Shown: positions 27,842-38,552, counted from the first letter of the stretch. The stretch: 64,000 bases of DNA from Bacilli bacterium (GCA_050948885.1 JBMNER010000003.1:15820-79819), one strand, 5' to 3'. Numbers and translations are program-made. The notes: generated from the sequence alone by a model not told the origin.

Positions 27842-27932
27842 TACTTACTCCATTATGTTTTAGATTTATATAAGATAGCTAGTTAACATTATATTTTTTT
27901 TAATGTTTACTACTCTTAATTATCATTAACAA

Positions 27933-28850
27933 TCACTTTCTGCGGTTAGCACTTATCATTTGCTTTACGGTCGTTAATTGTTTTATCCTTTCAATAATAC
28001 GAGTGGCCTTAACAAGGTCAACACTATTACTAGTTATACTAAAATGGTCCCTTAATTCATCTAGGTTTAAATTAGAAGTAAAAAAGGTTGGTAAATATTC
28101 CTGCATTCGATACTGTAAAATGGAACCCAAAATCTCATCGCGGCTCCAAGCGGTAGTATTTTCCGCCCCAATATCATCAATTAATAATAACGGTATTTTT
28201 TTAATAGATTCAAAATTATTCGCGAAGTCATCATTAAATGATGCCTTTAATTTTCGCAAATACTCGGGCCAATAAATAATGGCACTACGAATATTCTTTT
28301 TAGCTAATTCATTAAACATGGCCGCCACTAAATAAGTTTTACCACTGCCAAAATTACCACTTAAATACAAACCCTTAATTGATGAAGACTTAAGATAGCG
28401 TTCAATAAACTTTTTTAACCAGGTAATAACTTCATAGCGATTTTTATCAGTCGTATCAATCTTTCTCATACAAGCTATTCTTATTTCCTTTGGCACATCA
28501 ACAGCATAAACATTATCTTGATAAGCTCTATCTTTTGTTATTTTTTGTTGGTAACGACAAGCAACATATGAGAAAATTAAACGATTATCATCATTTATTG
28601 GGGTAAAAACAAACCCCATCATATTATTGGGACAAGACAGTAAATTCTGACACTTTTGACAGTTATTAATTTCAAAAGCACATTCTTCTAATTTAGAAGT
28701 ATATTTTATTAAATCTTCTTCAGGCAGATTTAAAGTTGATATTAACTTTCTAAATTCAGCCTTTTTTAAAGCCTGTAAATAAGAATCTTTTAATAACACT
28801 ACCTTTTTATAACTAAATTTTTCTTGAACAATCTCCGTTACTGTTTTCAT
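27933..28850 (-). CDS. dnaI: Primosomal helicase loader DnaI
   Basis: Zn-binding Cys residues, GNFGSGKT, DDIGAE, PTFFTSN. Confidence 0.93.
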   Translation of the reverse strand: MKTVTEIVQEKFSYKKVVLLKDSYLQALKKAEFRKLISTLNLPEEDLIKYTSKLEECAFEINNCQKCQNLLSCPNNMMGFVFTPINDDNRLIFSYVACRYQQKITKDRAYQDNVYAVDVPKEIRIACMRKIDTTDKNRYEVITWLKKFIERYLKSSSIKGLYLSGNFGSGKTYLVAAMFNELAKKNIRSAIIYWPEYLRKLKASFNDDFANNFESIKKIPLLLIDDIGAENTTAWSRDEILGSILQYRMQEYLPTFFTSNLNLDELRDHFSITSNSVDLVKATRIIERIKQLTTVKQMISANRRK

Positions 28851-28860
28851 AATCCACCAC

Positions 28861-30156
28861 CTATGAAAATTCCTTTAACATCGCTTCTATTTCTTTCTGC
28901 TCATCAATACTCGCTTTTTCTATTTTGATATCCTTCCCAAACCAAGATGGAATTTTTTCTGCTTTTTTCAAGTTTTTACGGACCGAAGGCGTTTTATGTT
29001 GATACTTTTTATGTTCCTTCTCCGCTATATTCATAGCCTCCTCAACCGTTTCAATTTTCAACCGACTCCACTGCCCAGCAATTGTTTCCACAAAAGCCTT
29101 GGTTAATTTATGATTATTAACTAACAAAACATAATCAATCAAGACATTAACTACTCCCGGTTTCAAACCCTGATCAATCATTAGTGATTCTAATAATTTT
29201 AAATCGCGGGTCGTTGGTTCGGCATTATTATATTTACTTCTTAAAAAATCATAAGGGGTTGTATTTTCAAAAGTATATATCATTCGGGCTCTTTTAGAAG
29301 TATCACCAACTGGTGTTTTTAAATATTCTGGTTGGCTACGATATATAATGGTTGGTAAACTACCCGCATGCTCAAATTGATAAAAATTGCGACAAGCTTT
29401 ACGTAACAACTCCTTATCGATAGTACCTTTCTCTGTCAAAGCATGTCTAATAATCTCCTGCATCTGTAAAGAATCTAGATTATATACAAACGCCAATTTA
29501 GAAATTAAATCTTTAACACTTTTATTAAAGGCTCTATCACTAATTAAATTATTTGGTATTGACTCTATTAATAAATTAAAATCAATTGACGCCTCAATTA
29601 CTAAATCAAGTTGCTCCCTTTTAGGTAAATTAGTATCCAATTCACTTTTTAAATCAGCGGGGATAGTTGTATATATGTCACTAAAACTTACACTAATATC
29701 ATCATAATCTTTTAAATTAATCTTTGGCAAACTAAAATATTTAATTAATTTATCATACTCCGTTTTCCCAACATTACTGTATAACACCACATTTAAAATA
29801 GGATTAGATAAAAATTCATTAACACTAATTGGTGAATATAATTCATAAACATAACTGTTAGTGACATCTTTCTTAAAATAAGTCTTCACCAAACCAAGCG
29901 CTTCTAATTTTTCTCTTGATGTCACAATATCGGTTAATTTCAACTGCATTTTACTCATTAAATGATGATGAGTAAATTCATTACTCATAATTTCTCTTTG
30001 ATCAAGATCAGCCCAAAAAGAAAAATATAAACTAATAGCTTGATAGCCAATTATAGGTTGATATAACATGGTTAAGGTTTTTCTATCACCATCATTTAAC
30101 ATGGTTTTATTAACCACTATATAAGTATCAGCGGGTAAAATGGAGACCTTTTTCAC
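28861..30156 (-). CDS. dnaB: Replication initiation/membrane attachment protein DnaB (Firmicutes type)
   Basis: LYQPIIG, LEALGL, GVVNVLIDY; upstream of dnaI. Confidence 0.9.
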   Translation of the reverse strand: MKKVSILPADTYIVVNKTMLNDGDRKTLTMLYQPIIGYQAISLYFSFWADLDQREIMSNEFTHHHLMSKMQLKLTDIVTSREKLEALGLVKTYFKKDVTNSYVYELYSPISVNEFLSNPILNVVLYSNVGKTEYDKLIKYFSLPKINLKDYDDISVSFSDIYTTIPADLKSELDTNLPKREQLDLVIEASIDFNLLIESIPNNLISDRAFNKSVKDLISKLAFVYNLDSLQMQEIIRHALTEKGTIDKELLRKACRNFYQFEHAGSLPTIIYRSQPEYLKTPVGDTSKRARMIYTFENTTPYDFLRSKYNNAEPTTRDLKLLESLMIDQGLKPGVVNVLIDYVLLVNNHKLTKAFVETIAGQWSRLKIETVEEAMNIAEKEHKKYQHKTPSVRKNLKKAEKIPSWFGKDIKIEKASIDEQKEIEAMLKEFS

Positions 30157-30287
30157 AATATCACCTACTTATGATTTTATTATAACATCTAACCCGTAAG
30201 CAACACAAGAAAAAGCTCGTATCAGCGCCCATAATCTAGATAGATAATAAAAATAAAAATCCTTATTAATAAGGATTTATTTACTTA

Positions 30288-30364
30288 TGGTAGCGATGGA
30301 GGGTTTCGAACCCCCGACCTTCCGAGTATGAGCCGGATGCTCTAACCAACTGAGCTACATCGCC
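30288..30364 (-). tRNA. tRNA-Met(CAT), elongator type
   Basis: GGCGATGTAGCTCAGTTGG..TCCGG-CTCATAC-TCGGA..TTCGAA..CCA. Confidence 0.9.
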
Positions 30365-30425
30365 AATAATAAACAATACAATAATATCAGATAATTATTA
30401 AATTGACAAGTTATTTCAACTAAAA

Positions 30426-31169
30426 TTAATCCGCAATAGGATTAATAATAGTAAAATTATCTTTAGAATATTGATCTAAAGTTTTATTAGTAACCGCCTC
30501 AATAAAAAATTTATCCTTAATATCAAAAACATATATATAACCCTGATATTCACAAGCCATAGCCACGGCCACAAAATCCATCACCGCTAATTTATGAATA
30601 CCTCTTTCAATATGAATTTTAAGGACTCCTAAAGAATCTATTTCATCATATTTTTTACTATCTGGTTGTTTAGGGTCTTTATCATATACGCCACCTGGTG
30701 ATTTAGCTAACAAAATAGTATCAGCCTTTAATTCCCTGGCCCGCTGAATAGTCGCCATATCCGTGGTAAAATAAGGTAATCCGGTCCCGGCCCCAACCAC
30801 TACTACTTTCCCGTTTGTTAAAGCTCTTCTTGCTTTAAAAACTTCATAACGGGGAACTAGTGATTCAACATAAACGGAACTCATTACCTCAGCCTCTACC
30901 CCCATTTCATTTAATTTATAAGCGGTAATTAAAGCATTAGAAATTGTACCTAGCATACCGATTTGATCAGATAAGACGTGATCAAGTTCATCGCCATTTC
31001 GACCACGCCAGAAATTGCCGCCCCCAACCACAATTATTATTTCTAAACCTGATGATTTTAATTTAGCAATATCTTGACAGACCTTCTCAACCATCTTGAT
31101 ATCTAGATTATACTGACCATCTGGTTTTTTTAAAGTTTCGCCCCCTATTTTTAACACTACTCTTTTCAT
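30426..31169 (-). CDS. pyrH: Uridylate kinase (divergent)
   Basis: RVVLKIGGE, GGGNFWRG, DQIGMLGT, PYFTTD, GVYDKDP. Confidence 0.85.
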   Translation of the reverse strand: MKRVVLKIGGETLKKPDGQYNLDIKMVEKVCQDIAKLKSSGLEIIIVVGGGNFWRGRNGDELDHVLSDQIGMLGTISNALITAYKLNEMGVEAEVMSSVYVESLVPRYEVFKARRALTNGKVVVVGAGTGLPYFTTDMATIQRARELKADTILLAKSPGGVYDKDPKQPDSKKYDEIDSLGVLKIHIERGIHKLAVMDFVAVAMACEYQGYIYVFDIKDKFFIEAVTNKTLDQYSKDNFTIINPIAD

Positions 31170-31194
31170 TTTTACCCTCCTTTATGTTGATATA

Positions 31195-31227
31195 AAAAAT
31201 AAAGAATAAACTTTATTCTTTATTTTT
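31195..31227 (-). terminator. Perfect 16-bp inverted repeat upstream of pyrH
   Basis: AAAAATAAAGAATAAA-C-TTTATTCTTTATTTTT. Confidence 0.6.
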
Positions 31228-31348
31228 AATAGTTATTAATTAAACCATTATTCATCATTAGTAAATTAATTATAACGAGTGCCCACATCATTAAGCGATA
31301 GCTATTATTTATCTTATTTAAGGTAGTTTTTATATCCTTTATTCGCAT
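31226..31348 (-). CDS. Small 40-aa ORF, possible leader peptide
   Basis: GGAGG RBS; MRIKDIKTTLNKINNSYRLMMWALVIINLLMMNNGLINNY*. Confidence 0.45.
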   Translation of the reverse strand: MRIKDIKTTLNKINNSYRLMMWALVIINLLMMNNGLINNY

Positions 31349-31422
31349 TTACTAGCCTCCATTATTTTTTCATTATCATTATTATACCATTTTTAAAAAC
31401 TTTGCCTAGTAGTAATTTATAA

Positions 31423-32736
31423 TTAATCTTTTTTTAATAAGGCCTCATACTTTTCCCGCAAAGTATAAATGTTTTTACAGCTCATAAACAAAATAACGGC
31501 TTTTTTATGTTTTAACAATTTATTAACGCTGTCATCACTAATATAATCACCATTTTTTAATCTATCAATAATTAAAGAGGAAGTAATATGCGGATAATCT
31601 TCCTTTTTCTCCCTATCACAGAAGATATCCGTTACATAAGCTTTATCAGCTAAATTTAAAGCGTTAATAAAATCGGTCGCTAATGCTTTGGTTCTAGTAT
31701 AAGTATTCGGTTTAAAAACAGCCACAATTTCCCGCTTTGGATATTTTTGTCTAACCGCGTCAATCATAACTTTTATTTCGGTGGGATGATGTGCATAATC
31801 ATCAATCGTCACTATATCCTTAATCTTCTTTTCCTTAAATCGTCTTTTGGCTCCTGGGAAACATTTTAATTGTTTACTTACTTCACTACTATTTAAACCC
31901 TCATGATGACAAATACCAATAACAGCTAAAGCATTTAAAATCATATGTTTACCATACAAAGGTAAGGTAAAATGACCATATAAGTTATTATTGATATAAA
32001 CATCAAAGTTAGATCCTTTACTAGTTAGTTTTACTCTTCTAGCAATAATATCATTATTATCATTAAAACCATAAAACTTTACCTGGTTATATTTTAAAGA
32101 ACGAATACTAGGATCATCACCACAAGCTAAAACTATTTCTTTAGTTTGATTAACAAAGGTTTGAAAACTAGATAAAACATCATTTAAATCCTTATAATAA
32201 TCAACGTGTTCTAATTCAATATTAGTAATAATAGTATAGGTAGGATAATAATTTAAAAAAATTCTTTTATACTCACAAGCCTCAAAAACAAAGTAACGAT
32301 TATCTCTTTGCATATAGCCAGTACCATCACCAATTAAATAATTACACCCGACTATATTATTTAATAAATGCGCTAGTAAACTCGTAGTAGTAGTCTTCCC
32401 ATGGCAACCACTAACGGCTATTGTTTTATAGTTATTAATAACCGTATTTAGAGCCTCATAATATCTTTGCGTTTTTACCTTCAGTTCATGACACCTTTTT
32501 ACTTCCACATGGTTATTATCAAAAGCATTACCAACAATAACCTGCATATCGTGATGAATATTATCACGATTAAAAGGTAATAGCTTAATTTTCTTTTTTT
32601 CTAAATCGTCTTGAGTAAATAAATGCTCAGTAACATCAGAGCCTTGTACCTGATAACCTAAATCATGATAAATATGGGCTAAGGCACTCATGCCGGTTCC
32701 CTTAATACCAATAAAGTGATATATCATTATCATCAT
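31423..32736 (-). CDS. murC: UDP-N-acetylmuramate--L-alanine ligase
   Basis: HFIGIKGTGMSALA, GCHGKTTT, FEACEY, DDYAHHPTEI. Confidence 0.96.
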   Translation of the reverse strand: MMIMIYHFIGIKGTGMSALAHIYHDLGYQVQGSDVTEHLFTQDDLEKKKIKLLPFNRDNIHHDMQVIVGNAFDNNHVEVKRCHELKVKTQRYYEALNTVINNYKTIAVSGCHGKTTTTSLLAHLLNNIVGCNYLIGDGTGYMQRDNRYFVFEACEYKRIFLNYYPTYTIITNIELEHVDYYKDLNDVLSSFQTFVNQTKEIVLACGDDPSIRSLKYNQVKFYGFNDNNDIIARRVKLTSKGSNFDVYINNNLYGHFTLPLYGKHMILNALAVIGICHHEGLNSSEVSKQLKCFPGAKRRFKEKKIKDIVTIDDYAHHPTEIKVMIDAVRQKYPKREIVAVFKPNTYTRTKALATDFINALNLADKAYVTDIFCDREKKEDYPHITSSLIIDRLKNGDYISDDSVNKLLKHKKAVILFMSCKNIYTLREKYEALLKKD

Positions 32737-32839
32737 CCCCTCATAGTTTTCTAATATATTCTATGAAGAGAATAATAATAATTATCGCTTCTAATAAAAA
32801 GATACTAAATTAATTAGTATCTATAAGAAAATGGCTTGT

Positions 32840-34630
32840 TTAATTATTAGACTGATACCAAGTAGTCTCTATATCAGCACTTTTACTATGTGGTTCTGGA
32901 TTAGGTAGAGCTAGTTGAACAATTACTGGTATCTTAAAAGCATTACCAAAGCCCACACAGATTCCCGGACGCAATATTTTTAACTTGCGAACTGTTTCCT
33001 CCGCCATATCGGGTACCATATTTTTAATAAATTCAATATCACCGGGATGAATCATTCTAAAGATTAAAAAGTTAGAACATTGTGATAAGGCTGTTTCACT
33101 TAATTCTGACGGTCTTTGCGAAACAAGCCCTAATATAATACCATATTTTCTCCCTTCCTTAGTAATACGATCAAATATGTTATATCCTAATAGAAATAAG
33201 TCATTATCATTTTGAACATAACGATGGGCTTCCTCTAAAATAATATGAATGGGAAAAGAGGCTTTTTCATTAATACGCACCGCTAAATCATAGAAAAGCT
33301 TCGCATATATTTTAGTAATTACTTTCGCAAAGCGATCATCAATATAACTAATATTAAAGTTAACAATTTGGGCCTTTTTACCAGTTGGCATAGTTAATAA
33401 TTTTCTAATGTAATTATCTTTACTAATATACTGTTCATAATCAAAATAAGTACGATAATCACTATTAATTAATGAGTGTAATCTTACCTTTAATATATTA
33501 GCATAATCATATACTTTATCACTCTTTAAGATGCCCTCAGAAATTAAAGAAAATTCAAAAGCTTCCTTTAGATTGTCTAAAGTATAAGGGAAACTGCCAT
33601 CCGGTAATCTTAATTCTAAATCATCTCTAATAAAACTAACAATAAATTCAGTCACCAATTGCATCTCATTTAACTTACCATCACGGTCAATAACTAAACA
33701 TTGTCTTAAGCTTCTAGTATAACCAGGCTGTATTATTTTTGATTCTAAATTTAACACCTTAGTATTATAAACGGTCAACACCGCAAATATCTGGTCCCTA
33801 ATTTGTGATGGGGTACTACCACTATATAATATTTCTAGTATGGCTCTCGCAATAATATCATTTTTATACACCATTACACTATCTTCTTCTTGAGCAAAAA
33901 CGCCCACTAATCTTAAAGCCTTTTCAATTATAGCTAGTTGAATATGATTATCGGCCCCTAATAATAAAGCAATATCATCAGCCCCTAATAACCAAACGGG
34001 AATTTTTAATATCTCGGTATCGGGAAATTTTAAATTAGTGGTATAGGTTTTAAATAACAAATCACCTTTAGCATCCTTAATATTCGCAAAAGCATTATGA
34101 TATTCACCATAGACATCAAATAAAAAGATATTAGCGTTATTGGGAACCGATTGCTTTTTATAAAAAATATTTTGTAATAATCGCGCAACCGAATAAGATT
34201 TACCACTGCCGGTATTACCAAAAATGGCAAAATGATTACTAAAGAAATCATTAATTCGCACATTTACTTGATAATTTTGATATAACGGCATTTCCCCAAT
34301 CTCTAATTTATTATTCTTAGATAAAGTTAAATTACCAAATATAATACCAAATTCATCGGCATTTATTAATCGGGCAGGATGATTAAAATTCGGTTTATTA
34401 ATAATACCCGAAGTAAAAATATTATTCTTTATTTCCCCCACTAAAGAAACAGTAGCCTTATCAGCGGTAACGCTCCTTACTTCACCAATAATACGGTTTT
34501 CATCAGCTTCAAAAACCACATAATTATTAATTAAATTAATAACACCACTTTCCGTTTCTTCAAGCTTAAGTTCCACAATATCTTCGGTTACTAACCATAC
34601 CTTGCCAATCATCACATACCCTCTTTTCAT
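32840..34630 (-). CDS. HerA/DUF87-family ATPase
   Basis: HFAIFGNTGSGKS, LEEAHRY, KEGRKYG, SQRPSE; N-terminal HAS-barrel-like segment. Confidence 0.88.
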   Translation of the reverse strand: MKRGYVMIGKVWLVTEDIVELKLEETESGVINLINNYVVFEADENRIIGEVRSVTADKATVSLVGEIKNNIFTSGIINKPNFNHPARLINADEFGIIFGNLTLSKNNKLEIGEMPLYQNYQVNVRINDFFSNHFAIFGNTGSGKSYSVARLLQNIFYKKQSVPNNANIFLFDVYGEYHNAFANIKDAKGDLLFKTYTTNLKFPDTEILKIPVWLLGADDIALLLGADNHIQLAIIEKALRLVGVFAQEEDSVMVYKNDIIARAILEILYSGSTPSQIRDQIFAVLTVYNTKVLNLESKIIQPGYTRSLRQCLVIDRDGKLNEMQLVTEFIVSFIRDDLELRLPDGSFPYTLDNLKEAFEFSLISEGILKSDKVYDYANILKVRLHSLINSDYRTYFDYEQYISKDNYIRKLLTMPTGKKAQIVNFNISYIDDRFAKVITKIYAKLFYDLAVRINEKASFPIHIILEEAHRYVQNDNDLFLLGYNIFDRITKEGRKYGIILGLVSQRPSELSETALSQCSNFLIFRMIHPGDIEFIKNMVPDMAEETVRKLKILRPGICVGFGNAFKIPVIVQLALPNPEPHSKSADIETTWYQSNN

Positions 34631-34753
34631 TCTACGCTTATTTTTACCATTCTAAATATTATTATAATATAGATAGGTACAAATGTATATACCACCTAAG
34701 TAATTTGTCTATTTAATGTCAAATAAAAAAGAACTACTGTTCTCATTCGGCCA

Positions 34754-35017
34754 CTAGTTCTTATCTTCTAACATCTGGGTTAATAATTTTTTCATTACTT
34801 CCTCTTTTTCTGGTCCATCATCTAAAACCTCAACGATTAACTTACCATCTTCTATAACTTCCTTGGCAATAAAAACTTCAACCTTTTTATCTTCTTTCGC
34901 AAAATAAATATATTTTTGGTTATTATGACGAACAATGTCAATGACAAAATATTCAGTACCATCATCAAAAGTAACTAATTCATCTTTATTAATCCCCTCA
35001 TTATTATTAATAGTCAT
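34754..35017 (-). CDS. Small acidic protein (DUF1292-like)
   Basis: 87 aa acidic; DDGTEYFVID..KYIYF pattern. Confidence 0.5.
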   Translation of the reverse strand: MTINNNEGINKDELVTFDDGTEYFVIDIVRHNNQKYIYFAKEDKKVEVFIAKEVIEDGKLIVEVLDDGPEKEEVMKKLLTQMLEDKN

Positions 35018-35313
35018 TACTTACTAATCCCCTTCCCTGGTTGTTGATCTTCTGGGTCTTCTAAGGCTTTATATTCTTTGTATTGTTTCATCCTTCCCTC
35101 TATTGCTTCATAACTAGCGCGATTAGCTTCATCTTGCCTTTTATTATATTCATCATGTCTTTGTAGTAGTAAATCACCCCCAAAACCTAAACCAGTCGCT
35201 AGTAATACAACGGCCACCAATGTTAAAACCCTACTAGCCGGCTTTTTTTTCTTAGCCTTAACCGTTAAACGTTGTTGTTCTGCTTGCCACTTTTTCCAGT
35301 TATATTCCATCAT
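35017..35313 (-). CDS. Hypothetical single-TM protein
   Basis: Basic N-terminus followed by one hydrophobic helix; AGGAG RBS. Confidence 0.55.
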   Translation of the reverse strand: MMEYNWKKWQAEQQRLTVKAKKKKPASRVLTLVAVVLLATGLGFGGDLLLQRHDEYNKRQDEANRASYEAIEGRMKQYKEYKALEDPEDQQPGKGISK

Positions 35314-35435
35314 ACATTCTCCTTATCAATAATATTATAGCTTATTTTTATAGTCTTTTCAAAAAAATCTAGTTTATAATGTCAAGTAATCTTTATATTA
35401 TTAAATGCTTAAACAAAAAAAAGAGCTTAGCTCTT

Positions 35436-35621
35436 TTATTCCCATCTTCTATCTGAATCGTTATCGCGATTATTTCTTCGTTCCGCTTTACGACGTCTGC
35501 GACAATCACGACATCTTTTTGGTTCATTATCAAAACCTTTTTCACGGTAGAATTCTTGTTCGGAAACTGAAAAAATAAACTCTTGCCCACAATCTTGACA
35601 AATAATCTTCTTTTCTTCCAT
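35436..35621 (-). CDS. Zinc-ribbon domain protein
   Basis: CQDCGQEFIFSVSEQEFYREKGFDNEPKRCRDCR. Confidence 0.88.
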   Translation of the reverse strand: MEEKKIICQDCGQEFIFSVSEQEFYREKGFDNEPKRCRDCRRRRKAERRNNRDNDSDRRWE

Positions 35622-35736
35622 TCTAACCCTCCTTAATTATCATATTTGGAAATTGCAATTCATAAACTTACTTCCTTGATAAAAATTAAGGATAACTGGT
35701 TTAGAATGTTAACTCCATTGTCATTTGACATAAACA

Positions 35737-35765
35737 ATTATAGCACACCATTAAGTAGTATGCAA
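35737..35765 (-). promoter_or_regulatory. SigA promoter for the zinc-ribbon gene
   Basis: TTGCAT, 17 bp, TATAAT with TG extension; implies a ~110-nt 5' UTR. Confidence 0.65.
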
Positions 35766-35893
35766 GAACAATGGTACTTAGATGTAACTATAACCTTTAG
35801 TATCTAATAATACTATCCTTAAATATTATGCATTATAATTAAAAAGTATATTCATAAACTGTTAAATTTGGTTAAAACTATTATATAAAGGAT

Positions 35894-37375
35894 TTGGTAT
35901 TAATGAATAAATTGCCACGTAGTGCTTTACAAATTATCACTAATATTAAAGAAGAAAATGGAAACAGTCCTGATTTAATCGTAAAAAAGTTAAATATTAA
36001 TATTAAAGATAGTATATATTTAGTTAGTTATCAATCTTTAAGTGATGCCTATAAAATAAACGACCTTATTTTACGTTTTATTATTACCAATGTAGTGCCG
36101 AAAACAAAATTGTTATTTAAAAATTTACTAACCATTATTAATAAAAATATTCCCAATCGTAATGTTAAAATTATTAATAATTACGAAGAATTATCTTATT
36201 ATTTATTTAGTGGCTTTAGTATAATTCTTTTTAATAATTATCAAAAAGCTATCGCTTATGAAACTCAAGCTAAGCTTGATCGTGGTATTGCTGAAGCAAC
36301 TAGTGAACCCGTTATCCAAGGACCAAAAGATGCCTTTAATGAAAATTATGATATTAATATTGGATTAATTAGAAAAAGAATTAAAAGTAACAAACTTTGG
36401 CTGGAGGAACATATTGTTGGTTGGGAAACAAAAACTAAAGTAGGTATTTTATATATGAAAGACATCGCCGAAGAAGAATTAGTTAATAGTGTTAGACAAA
36501 AAATTACCCAAATAGAAATAGATGGTATTTTTGATGCGGGATTTTTATGTCAATTGATTGAACAAGAATATAAAAGTGCTTTCCCCACTACTTACCGTAC
36601 AGAACGCGCTGATCTAACCAGTATGCTTCTTCTAGAAGGTCGGGTTATCATTATGGTGGATAATTCTCCCTTAGCTATTATTATTCCCGTCTTTTTAGTC
36701 GATTTTTTACACACCGCTGATTGTTATTATCAAAAAGCCCTCCATAATATCTTTATGCGGTTTACGAGATTAATTGCTTTTTTTATTGGTTTACTAGCCC
36801 CCGCTTTTTATATTGCCCTTATTGTTTATAATCAGGAGATAATCCCTGAGGTTTTATTAACTAGTATCATTGGACAAAGAGAACTTATTCCCTTTCCGGC
36901 CTTTGCCGAGGCTATTATTTTATTGTTGGCCTTTGATATAATGCGTGAAGGCGATTTAAAAAGTCCTAGTATCTCTAATAATTCTATTTCCATCTTAGGA
37001 GCGGTTATTTTAGGACAAGCCGCGGTTACCGCTGGTTTAGTTTCCCCCATTATGGTTATTATTGTAGCGTTAACATCTCTTAGCGCTTTAGTCTTTCAAT
37101 CCATTCATTTAATTAACGCGATTAGAATATGGCGTTATCTTTTCTTAATTTTTGCCACTTTATTTGGTATGTTTGGTTTTACCTTCTGTGGTCTCTTATT
37201 CTGCGTGCACTTATCAAGTATCAAATCTTTTGGTAAACCCTACTTATACCCCTTCGCCCCTTTTAGTTTTGATGGTATCAAAGATTCAGTCTTTCGTATT
37301 AAATTAGCTAGTACCAAAAAAAGACCCGACATCTTAGCGGGGAAAAATATTGTTAAACAAGGAGTAAACAAGTAA
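35894..37375 (+). CDS. Spore germination receptor A subunit (GerA/GerKA family)
   Basis: EPVIQGPKDAFNE, NIGLIRKRIK, LLEGRV, GAVILGQAAVTAG, FGKPYLYP. Confidence 0.92.
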   Translation: MVLMNKLPRSALQIITNIKEENGNSPDLIVKKLNINIKDSIYLVSYQSLSDAYKINDLILRFIITNVVPKTKLLFKNLLTIINKNIPNRNVKIINNYEELSYYLFSGFSIILFNNYQKAIAYETQAKLDRGIAEATSEPVIQGPKDAFNENYDINIGLIRKRIKSNKLWLEEHIVGWETKTKVGILYMKDIAEEELVNSVRQKITQIEIDGIFDAGFLCQLIEQEYKSAFPTTYRTERADLTSMLLLEGRVIIMVDNSPLAIIIPVFLVDFLHTADCYYQKALHNIFMRFTRLIAFFIGLLAPAFYIALIVYNQEIIPEVLLTSIIGQRELIPFPAFAEAIILLLAFDIMREGDLKSPSISNNSISILGAVILGQAAVTAGLVSPIMVIIVALTSLSALVFQSIHLINAIRIWRYLFLIFATLFGMFGFTFCGLLFCVHLSSIKSFGKPYLYPFAPFSFDGIKDSVFRIKLASTKKRPDILAGKNIVKQGVNK

Positions 37376-37376
37376 A

Positions 37377-38552
37377 ATGAAAAAGATATTTATTAGTATG
37401 GTGATACTGATTAGTTTTTTATTATCCGGTTGTTATGATTATCGGGAATTAAACACTTTAGCGATTGTTAGCGGTCTAGCAATTGATAAAGAAAATGAAG
37501 ACTTTGTTATTACCGTACAGGTAATTGGAATTAATCCGCTTCGCCAAGAAGAAGGGAAACAAATTAAACCGATTATTTATGAAGGAAGAGGTAAAACTAT
37601 ATTTGCGGCCTTACGCCGTATGACCTTAGAATCACCAAGAAGATTATTTTTAAATCATCTTGAAATAATTATTATTCAAGAAAAAATTGCCCGTTACGGG
37701 GTTAAAAATACCATTGACTTTATTTTAAGAGATTATGAAACCACTAAACAATTCCCGGTTTTAATTGCCAAAGAAGAAACGGCCGCCGAGATTTTAAAAA
37801 TATATTCGCCGATTGAAACATTAACTTCCCGCAATATCAGTAATAGTATTGACACTAATTCAAAATATGATGGCATTGCCAATAAAATAAATTATGATGA
37901 GTTTATTTCTTTATTAATGAAACAAGGCATTCAGCCTATTTTAAATGGCATTGAAATAAAAGGAAAAGAAAAGCAAGGTACCGAAGAAAAAAGTATTACC
38001 ACTATGAAACCAGAGGCTTCATTAAAAATTACTAGTCTTAGTGTTTTTAAAGAAGATAAATTAATTGGGTGGCTTAATATGGATGAAACATTAGGATTTA
38101 ATTTTGCGAATAACCGAATTAATAGTGCGGTCATTAATATCCCTTGTAAGCACCATAATGATTACCTAGCAGTAGAAATTATTAGTTCTAAAGCCACCAT
38201 AAAACCAACTATTAAAAATAACAAACCCCACATCACCATTAATATTCAAACCGTCGGTGGCATTGATGAAGTTAATTGTCCAATTAAATTAGAAGATAAT
38301 AAAGTAATTGAGCAAATAAAAAAAGATGTTAATAAAGAAATAACTAGATTAGTAAACAAAGCTACTACGGCAGCCCAAAAAAAATATGTCACCGACATCT
38401 TTGGTTTTGGTTATCATATTTATTTATCTAACCCTCAATACTGGCAAAAAAATAAACAAAAATGGGATGATATATATCCCACTATTGATTATAAAATTAA
38501 AGTGGAAACGAAAATATTTACCCGTGGCTTGTTGATAAAAACCATTAAATAG
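37377..38552 (+). CDS. Spore germination receptor C subunit (lipoprotein)
   Basis: Lipobox LSGC, DYRELNTLAIVSGLAID, DIFGFG. Confidence 0.92.
   Translation: MKKIFISMVILISFLLSGCYDYRELNTLAIVSGLAIDKENEDFVITVQVIGINPLRQEEGKQIKPIIYEGRGKTIFAALRRMTLESPRRLFLNHLEIIIIQEKIARYGVKNTIDFILRDYETTKQFPVLIAKEETAAEILKIYSPIETLTSRNISNSIDTNSKYDGIANKINYDEFISLLMKQGIQPILNGIEIKGKEKQGTEEKSITTMKPEASLKITSLSVFKEDKLIGWLNMDETLGFNFANNRINSAVINIPCKHHNDYLAVEIISSKATIKPTIKNNKPHITINIQTVGGIDEVNCPIKLEDNKVIEQIKKDVNKEITRLVNKATTAAQKKYVTDIFGFGYHIYLSNPQYWQKNKQKWDDIYPTIDYKIKVETKIFTRGLLIKTIK

Noticed and set aside
35820-35893. Sporulation sigma (F/G) promoter upstream of the ger operon
   Set aside because: Partial matches (GCAT..CATAAACT, GGTTAAAACTA) exist but are too degenerate in AT-rich DNA to call.
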